Source: an uncultured Candidatus Saccharibacteria bacterium (GTDB lineage Bacteria > Patescibacteriota > Minisyncoccia > Phycocordibacterales > UBA9973). From it: 64,000 nucleotides of DNA. Numbering within the stretch: the stretch's first letter is position 1; each line of letters opens with the position of its first letter. The notes under the pieces were generated by a model. The model had not been told where the DNA came from, ran no database searches, and worked only from the letters and a program-made list of their open reading frames with translations. The position numbers and the translations under genes are program-made. Positions 17,401-25,246 of this stretch are shown here, one piece after another. Location: assembly GCA_964474375.1 (NCBI GenBank), contig CAYYSG010000001.1:18559-82558 (forward strand), read 5' to 3'.

Positions 17401-18662
17401 TTGCGATTATTATCTACATCATTCCATGCAATAAAATCTGTACTATCTGGCTTGTCTATAAGCATAGCAATATCAATGTCTAAAACAGGCTGACTACCCG
17501 ACATTGCTGGTTCGAGTTTTTTAATTGAATAGTCTTCCATTACGTAATTTGCATTTGCAAATTTGTATTGAATATTTTGTTTAGTGCTTGTGTTTAACAA
17601 GGTCCATGTTACTTGAGTTCCAGAATTTGCATTTGGGTCAAAAGCCATTTGAGCTTTTGCGCTAGACCATTCTGTTGATAGCTGGTAGGATCCATCTGTT
17701 TTAGGTTCTGGGTCTGTTGTTTGTATCAATTCAGATCTAGACAATGTATACAGAGTTCGGTCGCTATTATCTTGAAAGTAATTTACTTTAAAACTCCCCT
17801 TTTTTTGTTTAGGTATGTCTGCACTCAAATGAAGGATGTTTTTATTTGTCTTACCTTCTACTTTTAATGTTCCAACCATATTCTGGGTTACATCAAAACT
17901 AGAATAGTCTTTTTCTCTAAATTGGCCCCATTCAACATCAAAACTATTACCAGTTCCTTTTTGTGCTTTTATAAAAACAACATGATCTTTTATGTTTTTA
18001 TAAATAGTTGTACCGATAACTGTATCAGCTAATTCTTCAACCGCATTTTTATCAGAAGTCTTTTCTGTCCGGATAGTCTTTACTCCTTGCCTGTCTTCTG
18101 TTGTATATGTAAATTTATAATGCCCCCACTCATCAAAACCACCATTATCCTCAATACATTTTTTAAAAAAAGTAGAAGGTATTGAAAATGTAAAATCTTG
18201 TTTTAAATACCCCCTTGCTTCGGTGTTCGCTAGATTTAGGCTGGCAATAGATGTTTTGTCGGGGCTTGTAAGACTAGGGTTAGATACGAGCGTTACATTA
18301 CTAGCAGAACAACCTGTTTCTATATCTCCTGGAACAAATCCATCTCTTATTTCGTATTCAATTTTATCAATAGAATTTATTCTATGGTTAGGGTCAGTAA
18401 AAGCTGAAACTTTTATATTAGTTCCATCAGTAATACCTGTGACAATAAGAAAAGCGTCTGCATTTTTAGCATCAACATATTCTCTTTTTTCTACTTTTGG
18501 TGTTTGTGCTGATACTGTATTAGCCCTGACACTGATTTTGTTGTCAGAAAAGTTTATTATGAAAGGTGAAAAAAGCTGGAAGATAACCAGAAAAATAGCT
18601 ATAAATCCAAAAGCTTTTTGCTTCATACTGTATGTATAAATTGTAACATATTTTTTAAACAT
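14409..18662 (-). CDS. Giant polytopic membrane protein, VirB6/TrbL-like core with ~560-aa N-terminal extracytoplasmic region and Gly-rich/coiled-coil Lys-Glu-rich C-terminal tail
   Basis: 1417 aa. N-terminal signal/TM, then a multi-TM block (~570-870, e.g. LFFIFMLLYLAFKLVLNIG, FMILLMGVIFNVIAMLIFL, WWMSLIIPFMLIIGFLYLI). Followed by a Gly-rich segment (GVAGFGAAIATGGAAWAG) and a long K/E-rich coiled-coil. Confidence 0.4.
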   Translation of the reverse strand: MFKKYVTIYTYSMKQKAFGFIAIFLVIFQLFSPFIINFSDNKISVRANTVSAQTPKVEKREYVDAKNADAFLIVTGITDGTNIKVSAFTDPNHRINSIDKIEYEIRDGFVPGDIETGCSASNVTLVSNPSLTSPDKTSIASLNLANTEARGYLKQDFTFSIPSTFFKKCIEDNGGFDEWGHYKFTYTTEDRQGVKTIRTEKTSDKNAVEELADTVIGTTIYKNIKDHVVFIKAQKGTGNSFDVEWGQFREKDYSSFDVTQNMVGTLKVEGKTNKNILHLSADIPKQKKGSFKVNYFQDNSDRTLYTLSRSELIQTTDPEPKTDGSYQLSTEWSSAKAQMAFDPNANSGTQVTWTLLNTSTKQNIQYKFANANYVMEDYSIKKLEPAMSGSQPVLDIDIAMLIDKPDSTDFIAWNDVDNNRKASPGDIPGGDWDNFTKGFNNPEIDTRTANEGGYGFYLLYSTSNTDPKVGGNDVKEINLNPYIFGEKVDSPIISDAKTGMVFGLEPLQVEKNKTYYFRLFANEHDPWFDDNGYTPVVSVSIPDQITQTSRGGAVLISSGNSAGSGPAWMPKCDAKDIGTWFTGCLVVGFYYMVFVPTAFLLGVAGSIMDFVLAYSIQPDSYNAQYIKDGWRFIRDVCNLFFIFMLLYLAFKLVLNIGQGTKQLIVNTLIVATVINFSFPLTTIVIDISNITARQLYYNVFSRTDGADGKAISLSSTAAEGYDPQKIILDGLDDNAATFKVDENKGTVFMILLMGVIFNVIAMLIFLKIALQFIYRIIGLIFAIILSPLAVFSLSLSSGQRSGLKMVGFEEWMQGLLKDAFKAPIFLVLMMILVLFVKNNPFKAVFGDGVVGIEWWMSLIIPFMLIIGFLYLIKSMTEGLTSSIAKLAGDKLVAVASGVAGFGAAIATGGAAWAGRNALGKRASRYMQSTAGEKLMTKAAEGNTWARLKVGALDMTRKGSFDLRQNKAASAVSGFTGVNMQAGTNYIPFFGKQFQTATTAGGYMAQMQRKTERIKKFEDSLGFDQEMYNKMEDVKKKTERAANNQEDIVNDLKERADEKFSEMRSYQQVARDHAAEISTKTRKVNEQENLIKEKQKEIDAETDTAKKVLLEGQKAKLEEDKNALKEEIRKHEDGQTDANKEATKLGNAEKEIRKEIKIEKDKLNALKGDGYTYVDEKTGKAMHVIGIKGAEEAMEKVKTDRADRYKQFQREKSGKIFQRKTGLDVYKEKIGKDLEEAETDEKMAKRSDIMEIMNEVENKAKTDKEWAGADEDKKKEIIKKYKKDTEILNKHAKNRIYEAVYNSIDIDSMEGEAKDKALKDVAEAARDIENMTYQLKSSPSGTRSKLGAVLNDSFLHTDVAKGSVLGAPFGWVAAPTAIATGLVRMAEYDRKFYENYGRSWQDKDTKVDTTDKYQPPKA

Positions 18663-18690
18663 ATGAGAAGCATTTTTTGTTTAAAAGTAT

Positions 18691-19545
18691 TTATTTACAA
18701 ATAGTTTCTTTGGCTTTGTGTATTATACATTCTATCGTGCCGTTTTGTATCGTGGTTATGGTTTTTATGTTGTACTTGTTTAGCACATTTAGTACTTCGA
18801 TGTGTGGGTGACCATAGCGGTTATTCTCCCCTGCGGAAATCAGTGCGTATTTGGGCGTGGTTAGCATGATTAGTCTTTCGCCGGTCGATGTGTTGGATCC
18901 ATGGTGTCCAACTTTTAATATGTCTATGTTGTTTAAGTATTTGCCATACTTTTTCAAGACCTCATCTTCTACTTCTTTTGGGGCGTCACCTGTTAGCAGT
19001 ATCTTTTTGCCTTCGTATTCTATCAGTCCTACCATTGAACCCGAATTCCTTTCCCAGTCAGCTACATTGCCTTCGGGCCAAAGAACTGTATAAGTCACGC
19101 CATGATTTTTGTCCAGAACCACTACATCCCCGCTTTTAGGCTTATAAATGTTGATTTTTTGCTCTTGGGCTAGTTTTTCTATTTCAGTATAGGCGCTGAT
19201 GGTGTGATTGGTGCCGGGGCTTAGTATTTGCCCTATTTTGTATTTTTCCATTACAAAAGGAAATCCTCCTATATGGTCCAAATCTGGGTTGGAAACCTCG
19301 ATGATGTCTATTGTCTCACCGGTATTTATATATTTGCCTAGCTCACTTAGCACGCTCCTGTCGCGGCCTGAATCTATCAGCATTTTCCTGCCGCCGGGGG
19401 TTTCTATTAGTGTTGCGTCGCCCTGGCCTATGTTTAGCATATATAGGCTCAAGCTATTTTCTTCAGGTTTTTGCCTAGTTAGTAGAAAAATAAGTATAAA
19501 AAAGACTAAAATTGTAATTATCCAGTAAATATTCCGTCTTTTCAT
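18691..19545 (-). CDS. ComEC C-terminal metallo-beta-lactamase-fold domain protein, encoded as a separate gene with its own TM anchor
   Basis: LNIGQGDATLIE, DHIGG, and KVGHHGSNTSTG are motifs of the ComEC/Rec2 MBL domain. The ORF is open to 19605, and the start is more likely Met at 19545 (MKRRNIYWIITILVFF). Confidence 0.7.
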   Translation of the reverse strand: MKRRNIYWIITILVFFILIFLLTRQKPEENSLSLYMLNIGQGDATLIETPGGRKMLIDSGRDRSVLSELGKYINTGETIDIIEVSNPDLDHIGGFPFVMEKYKIGQILSPGTNHTISAYTEIEKLAQEQKINIYKPKSGDVVVLDKNHGVTYTVLWPEGNVADWERNSGSMVGLIEYEGKKILLTGDAPKEVEDEVLKKYGKYLNNIDILKVGHHGSNTSTGERLIMLTTPKYALISAGENNRYGHPHIEVLNVLNKYNIKTITTIQNGTIECIIHKAKETICK

Positions 19546-19578
19546 GTATAAATTATAACATTTTGCTATAATACTCCT

Positions 19579-20184
19579 ATGATAGAAAAATACACTGCAA
19601 AACAATATGATTTGCCAGAACTAACTGGTATTTCCAAAAAAAGTATAGAAGAACATATGAAACTATACGAAGGCTATGTTAAACACGCCAACCTAATAAA
19701 AGAAAAGCTAGAATCAATCCCCGCGGACGATGCCTATACTCGCACCGAACTCATGCGACGGTTTTCTTTCGAGTTCTGTGGTATGCGTAATCACGAGCTT
19801 TATTTTTGGTCTCTTGTTGGTGGGGCTAGTACTATTCCAAATGGTTCAAAGTTAGAATCAGACATCATTCGTGATTTTGGTAGCATAGATGATTTTTTTA
19901 TAAAATTAAAAGAAATAGCTTTGACTCGGTCCGTTGGTTGGGCAATGTTGTCCTACGATGTAACATTCGACCACTTGACTTTGTCTTGGGTGGATGAACA
20001 GCATATAGGGCAACTCATGAACGTGTTCCCTGTTTATGCTATCGATATGTGGGAACATGCTTATGTTTACGACTATCAGCCTAGTGGTAAAAAGAATTAT
20101 CTTGAAGACTATATCAAAAATACAAATTTCGAATCTTTATCTAACCGCTACGAAGTTTTTTGCAGTAGCTTAAAACCTTTGTAA
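19579..20184 (+). CDS. sodA: Fe/Mn superoxide dismutase family protein
   Basis: NHELYFWS and AIDMWEHAYVYDY match the SOD metal-ligand motifs NHxxFW and DxWEHAYY. The N-terminal HH..HH motif is partly degenerate. Confidence 0.7.
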   Translation: MIEKYTAKQYDLPELTGISKKSIEEHMKLYEGYVKHANLIKEKLESIPADDAYTRTELMRRFSFEFCGMRNHELYFWSLVGGASTIPNGSKLESDIIRDFGSIDDFFIKLKEIALTRSVGWAMLSYDVTFDHLTLSWVDEQHIGQLMNVFPVYAIDMWEHAYVYDYQPSGKKNYLEDYIKNTNFESLSNRYEVFCSSLKPL

Positions 20185-21455
20185 AATAAAAATACATAAA
20201 TAGTCAGTACAATAACCAAAGGAAAATTTTCCACATAGTAGGCAGACCAAGTTGTCTCGCCTATTTTGTTTATTATATATATCATCAGGTTTGAAATATT
20301 TTCCGTAACAAAAGCCGGAATGAATCTGAGGAATTCAGGTGTGATACCTAGCACAAATCCAAACAGCATTAACACTGGTATCATTGGAACTATTATAATG
20401 TTAGCTATAATTCCAAGTGACGAAATTATGCCTATAGAATAAGCAATATATGGCAAAGTCATAATGCTAGCTGAAATAGTGCTACTCAATGTTTCGGACA
20501 AAAATTTGCCAAATCTTTTTTTAACAAAATATCCAGCGACTGTGCCCTGGTATGCTATTAGTCCAAAAGTTGCCAGTACTGAAAGATGAAAACCCACATC
20601 ATAGCGTAAAGACAAAGGTGAAATCAGTATCAGCAAGGAGGTTGCTAAAAATAAAGCATACAGGTTATTGTATTCTAGCCCTCTGGCTCGTGCATAAATC
20701 AAGACGAGCGACATTATGCTGGCTCTGACTGCGCTACTGGCTCCGCCAGCTAATACCAAAAAAGCCAATATACCAAGCGACCCAAACAAACTACGAACCA
20801 GTATACTAAACGAAGACAGTATCTTCATAATAGTTTCACTAACTATGGTCATGTTGTATCCAGAAAGCGCAATTATATGGCTAGTGCTCGATCGTGACAA
20901 ATTCAGCCTAAATTCATTTGTCATGTCAGACTTCTCCCCTAATAATATCCCGCGTGTTAACGAAGCGCTATTATAACTAAGTGACGCATTTATTTTATTT
21001 GCAAAACCAGTGCGTATTTTAAAAAGAAAACTTTTTATTTTGTTGGCTTGGTTTATACCCAGTACTTCTATTGTGGGTTCGCGGACTATGCCATATATTT
21101 TAGATAGTTTTAAATAATTATCATAATCAAATGTTTTACCTGAGTCGGTAATAAAGTCTTTTGGTTTTTCTATTGTGCTAGTTATTTTTAGCTCATCGCC
21201 ATAATGGTATTCAGTATAAGGTTCAGTTACTATTAGTAACCTGCTGTTATCATTCACATTTATTTCGTTTATGGATTTTATTTTTATTCTGTATCTATTT
21301 GAACTAATTCTTTTTTCTGGGTAATCATCCACTACTCCTATTATTGTAAATTCTTCGTCACCAAAATTAATTTCAATTTCTTCTTTTACAAAACAAAAAT
21401 ACATTCCGTATATTATAGGTATTATGACTATAATAATTCGGAATGTATTTTTCAT
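20148..21455 (-). CDS. comEC: ComEC/Rec2 competence channel (membrane domain only)
   Basis: Polytopic protein whose region LAFLVLAGGASSAVRASIMSLVLIYARARG is typical of the ComEC competence domain, with a DUF4131-like N-terminal part. Confidence 0.7.
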   Translation of the reverse strand: MKNTFRIIIVIIPIIYGMYFCFVKEEIEINFGDEEFTIIGVVDDYPEKRISSNRYRIKIKSINEINVNDNSRLLIVTEPYTEYHYGDELKITSTIEKPKDFITDSGKTFDYDNYLKLSKIYGIVREPTIEVLGINQANKIKSFLFKIRTGFANKINASLSYNSASLTRGILLGEKSDMTNEFRLNLSRSSTSHIIALSGYNMTIVSETIMKILSSFSILVRSLFGSLGILAFLVLAGGASSAVRASIMSLVLIYARARGLEYNNLYALFLATSLLILISPLSLRYDVGFHLSVLATFGLIAYQGTVAGYFVKKRFGKFLSETLSSTISASIMTLPYIAYSIGIISSLGIIANIIIVPMIPVLMLFGFVLGITPEFLRFIPAFVTENISNLMIYIINKIGETTWSAYYVENFPLVIVLTIYVFLFYKGFKLLQKTS

Positions 21456-21979
21456 TATGTAATTTTCAAACCTCGTAATTCTTCAAAACCAGCTCTGTCC
21501 CCAGAATACAAATTCATGGATTCTTCTTTAGCTAAGGTCCGGGCTATATAATCCACTGCTTCGTTACCACCTATACCCATATGGCCAGGTACGTATTTTA
21601 AATCTATTTCATGCTTTTTTAATACTTCTTCATAAAGAATATCTATTTCCTGCCAGATTTCCTTGTTCAGTACTGGTTTTTTGGCTGCGGTTTTCCAGCC
21701 ATTCTTTTTCCAGTTTTTAATCCAGCTGGTAATACCATTTTTTACATATTCGGAATCCAGGTGTATTACGACTGTTTCTTTTTCTCTATTTTTTATTAGC
21801 CAGTCTAGTGATTTCAGGAATGCCATTAATTCCATTTGGTTATTTGTAGCATGTTCTTTGTGCTCACCATGCTCTTCTATCCAGTCTTTCTTTTTGTCCC
21901 AAACTAGGAAACCATATCCGGCTTTGCCAGGGTTACCTAGTGCACTACCGTCAGTATATATAACTATATTGTGAGTCAT
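21455..21979 (-). CDS. rnhA: Ribonuclease HI
   Basis: VIYTDGSALGNPGKAGYGFLV is the RNase H catalytic N-terminal signature. Confidence 0.85.
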   Translation of the reverse strand: MTHNIVIYTDGSALGNPGKAGYGFLVWDKKKDWIEEHGEHKEHATNNQMELMAFLKSLDWLIKNREKETVVIHLDSEYVKNGITSWIKNWKKNGWKTAAKKPVLNKEIWQEIDILYEEVLKKHEIDLKYVPGHMGIGGNEAVDYIARTLAKEESMNLYSGDRAGFEELRGLKIT

Positions 21980-21980
21980 T

Positions 21981-23720
21981 TTATTTTAAAGTTATAACGT
22001 CTTTTAATCGTACTCGCACGGTGCCCTGCCATAGCTTTGAATCCAGTGTGCCGATGATATGCACTGTCTGCCCTATTTGGGGGCTACCTAGGTCATCGAT
22101 ACTTTTATAAAATGCATAAGTACTAGCCGAAGCCCCCGCTGTGTCACGAAATGTTATTTCTATATGGGCTCCACCTGTTCCGAAATTTCGAATGTCCAGA
22201 ATGGTTGCATTCTTAAAAGCAAAAATGGGCTCTTCAAAGCCTTGTCCAAAAGGCGCTAGTTTGGTCAGTGCTCGATGTAAATTCACATGTAGTAGTGATA
22301 TCGGTAGGACGGCATCTATGTTTTTTTCTATTACAAAATTAGTATCAGTGTTTTCATCCTTTTGTTTTTGGCTGGCTTTTACCAGAGCATCTTCTATGTC
22401 GTAAATCCTGTCCGGGTTTACGGAAAATCCACCAGCTTCGAAATGTCCACCGAATTCTAATAGTACATCATTCTCAACATTACTCATTAGTTCATGCATG
22501 TTGGTTTTACCGTTACCGCGGCATGATCCTTTGTAGCAAATACTGTCTTCTTTTTCGCTACGTCCCCAAACAAATGCTGGTTTGTCGTAGAATTCTACAA
22601 TCTTAGAAGCAACTAGTCCCAACAGCCCTACTTTCCATGATGGGTCGCCTACTATGATGATGTCTTTTTCATCTTTGTTCCATTTGGCAATATCGCGACG
22701 CGCTTCTTTAACCATAGCGGCTACTAATTTCCTTCTTTCGTTTGACAGGCTTACTAGTTTGTCTGATGCAATTTTGGCAACATCAGGATCAGTTTCTATT
22801 AGTAGTTTGTATGCATCATAAGGACTACCCATGCGTGATGCTACATTTAGTTTCGGTGCCAACATAAAAGTTATGTCGTCTTGGGTTAGGTCTCGCATGT
22901 ATACGCGGGACGCTTTGGCTAGTGCCATTAGTCCAGGGCGGGTTCTGTTCCGCATTTCATTCATACCTTCTTTTACCAAAGCTTTGTTTTCCGGAGTTAG
23001 TTCGACCATGTCAGAGAGTGTTGCAAATGCTGCCATGTCGACAACGCTTCTTATAAAATTATTATTTAAATCATATTCATTTCCGTATTTTGTAACAAAT
23101 GCTCTAGCTAGTGTATACACTACACCTGCGCCACATAGTTCTTTGTTCGGGTATAGCCCTGCGCCTATTTTAGGGTGAACAATAGCCAACGCATCTGGCG
23201 TATTTTCCCCTATTGTGTGGTGGTCGGTTATTATTACATCCATTCCATAACTGTTAGCTAGCTGGGTTGACGCAATAGCTGTAATTCCCATATCAATAGT
23301 TATTACCAAAGAAGTATTTTGTTTTTTAAAATTTTCTATATGGTTTTCGGCTAGTCCGTAGCCTTCTACATTTCTGTCGGGTATGGATACAATATAGTTT
23401 TTGAATCCAATTTTGTTAAATAATGATGACAGTATCACTGCCCCAGGAATGCCGTCACAGTCGTAGTCGGCATGAACTGCTATTTTTTCATCTTTGTCTA
23501 TGGATTCTTTGATACGAGTAATGGCTTTGTCCATGTCATTTATTAAAAATGGGTCACCATGTTCTTCGTCTAGTGTGCCGGACAGGTGCCGACGAGCTGT
23601 TTCTATGTCTTTAATACCTCGATATCCTAGAATATCGGCTATCAAAGTACCGTATTTAAGGTCTAGTTCTTGGATTCTTTCACCATCTCTCTTTCTTAGT
23701 GTGTACTTCCCGTTTGGCAT
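21981..23720 (-). CDS. recJ: Single-stranded-DNA-specific exonuclease RecJ
   Basis: DHH family motifs HADYDCDG and VIITDHH, plus a DHHA1 region. 579 aa. Confidence 0.85.
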   Translation of the reverse strand: MPNGKYTLRKRDGERIQELDLKYGTLIADILGYRGIKDIETARRHLSGTLDEEHGDPFLINDMDKAITRIKESIDKDEKIAVHADYDCDGIPGAVILSSLFNKIGFKNYIVSIPDRNVEGYGLAENHIENFKKQNTSLVITIDMGITAIASTQLANSYGMDVIITDHHTIGENTPDALAIVHPKIGAGLYPNKELCGAGVVYTLARAFVTKYGNEYDLNNNFIRSVVDMAAFATLSDMVELTPENKALVKEGMNEMRNRTRPGLMALAKASRVYMRDLTQDDITFMLAPKLNVASRMGSPYDAYKLLIETDPDVAKIASDKLVSLSNERRKLVAAMVKEARRDIAKWNKDEKDIIIVGDPSWKVGLLGLVASKIVEFYDKPAFVWGRSEKEDSICYKGSCRGNGKTNMHELMSNVENDVLLEFGGHFEAGGFSVNPDRIYDIEDALVKASQKQKDENTDTNFVIEKNIDAVLPISLLHVNLHRALTKLAPFGQGFEEPIFAFKNATILDIRNFGTGGAHIEITFRDTAGASASTYAFYKSIDDLGSPQIGQTVHIIGTLDSKLWQGTVRVRLKDVITLK

Positions 23721-23868
23721 ATTTATGGATTATATCATATGCTTCGCTAAACTAATCTTTTTAGAAAGTCCTCGGGTCTCCTCGCCAGCAAAAAAGAAGG
23801 CTCGGCCAGACATTTATAAAAAGATTGTTTAGCTACGCTAGTCTTTCATATTTTGTTATAATGTATAT

Positions 23869-24252
23869 ATGAACTGTATTTTTTGCAAAATCATAGACGG
23901 CCAGATTCCGGCTTATAAAACATACGAGGACGACAAATGTATTGCTTTTTTAGATATAAAACCAGTAGCATTGGGTCACATGTTGTTAATTCCAAAAGAC
24001 CATTATGAATGGGTCCAGGATACTCCGGATGAGCTAGTCTCGCATTGTTTCCTGTCAGCTAAAAAGTTAGTATCAAAAATCAAGGAAAAACTTGGTGCGG
24101 ACTATGTTCAGCTGTCAGTTGTAGGTAAAGACGTTCCTCATTTTCATATTCATTTAATTCCCCGCCAATTATCCGACGGTCTCGAAGGCTGGGCTGGCAA
24201 AGATGTCGACAAAAAAGACTTTGAAGAAATAATCCAAAAACTAAATAATTAA
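23869..24252 (+). CDS. HIT family hydrolase
   Basis: CIFCKI...HFHIHLIP histidine triad. Confidence 0.9.
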   Translation: MNCIFCKIIDGQIPAYKTYEDDKCIAFLDIKPVALGHMLLIPKDHYEWVQDTPDELVSHCFLSAKKLVSKIKEKLGADYVQLSVVGKDVPHFHIHLIPRQLSDGLEGWAGKDVDKKDFEEIIQKLNN

Positions 24253-24256
24253 AAAA

Positions 24257-24287
24257 AGCGGATGATTTTATATCATCCGCTTTTTTA
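24257..24287. terminator. Bidirectional rho-independent terminator
   Basis: agcggatgat-tttat-atcatccgct hairpin with flanking A and T runs, between convergent genes. Confidence 0.7.
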
Positions 24288-24297
24288 TAAAGTTGTC

Positions 24298-25161
24298 TTA
24301 CTGAGCATCTTGCTCGGTTTTTTTCTTGAAATATTTTTTGAATTCATCAAAAGGTATTTCATAGTTTTCACCGGGAGCAAAAAGTTTTTGAGTTGGTCCC
24401 CATGTTTCTTTGTCATAAGTAACCGGACTTTTAAGATAGTCATTAAATAAAACCAAGGACACTCTACCATTTTCAATTATTTCGGGTGTTGAAACAACTC
24501 TGTGGTTAACAGCTGGGATATGTTTTGTGCTCTGGCCATTATTATAGCTAAAATATTGAGCAAGTAATCCAAGAAAGAAAACCATTTCGTCATGATTAAA
24601 TCTCAGTGGCCTCCATTTCCCTTCCCAGAAATATTCAAATCCTGGAGTAGAATCATAAAGATGCTGAGTATTACCACCTTTGTCACAATGTTCATGTGCT
24701 GGAATGGAATCCATGTTGCCCGGGTGGTAATGAAGTAGTCTTAATACCCAAGAGTCACTATGCTTGGTTGCTAAGGTTACAAAATCAACTCCTGTTTCTT
24801 CGGATATGATTGATGTAATCTCAGTCAAACAACCACGCATCATTTTAAGTAATTTCTTGCCGGTAGATATCAAATCCAGATCTTCTTTTGTTGGTTTAAA
24901 ACCATCTGGGAATTCATAAATTAAGGTGATATGAAAATCCTCTTTATGGTCACGATTGCTCGGGTCTATTCGACGGTCTTTGTTTTCGTAACCTCCAGTT
25001 TTACCAAAATTAATAAGTTCTTTGTGTTCTCTTGGTTGTTTACAAAAATCTTCCCAAGCTTTCACCATTTTTTCTACCTGGAGTCTCACCGGTTCAGGGT
25101 ATTGCACCTTGGCATAACCCAATGTTCTTAGCATTACTGCTTGTTGTTCACTTTTGCTCAT
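24298..25161 (-). CDS. 2-oxoglutarate/Fe(II)-dependent oxygenase superfamily protein
   Basis: AHEHCD (HxD), distal HRVVS and GRVSLVLF (RxS) motifs. Confidence 0.5.
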   Translation of the reverse strand: MSKSEQQAVMLRTLGYAKVQYPEPVRLQVEKMVKAWEDFCKQPREHKELINFGKTGGYENKDRRIDPSNRDHKEDFHITLIYEFPDGFKPTKEDLDLISTGKKLLKMMRGCLTEITSIISEETGVDFVTLATKHSDSWVLRLLHYHPGNMDSIPAHEHCDKGGNTQHLYDSTPGFEYFWEGKWRPLRFNHDEMVFFLGLLAQYFSYNNGQSTKHIPAVNHRVVSTPEIIENGRVSLVLFNDYLKSPVTYDKETWGPTQKLFAPGENYEIPFDEFKKYFKKKTEQDAQ

Positions 25162-25217
25162 AATATTTTGATTATTTATTTTGACCTTATTTAACCTTTA
25201 TTGGACACAAAAGTCAA

Positions 25218-25243
25218 CACCCGAGTTTTTGGCTCGGGTGTGC
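25218..25243 (-). terminator. Terminator downstream of pgk
   Basis: cacccgag-tttttgg-ctcgggtg hairpin followed by a T-rich tract on the minus strand. Confidence 0.55.
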
Positions 25244-25246
25244 TAT

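Noticed and set aside
18691-19605. Overlap of the MBL-domain gene with sodA start (ORF-track start 19605)
   Set aside because: An internal Met at 19545 precedes a plausible TM anchor and removes the overlap. The longer N-terminus (MFCSVFFYHRSIIAKCYNLY) looks non-coding.
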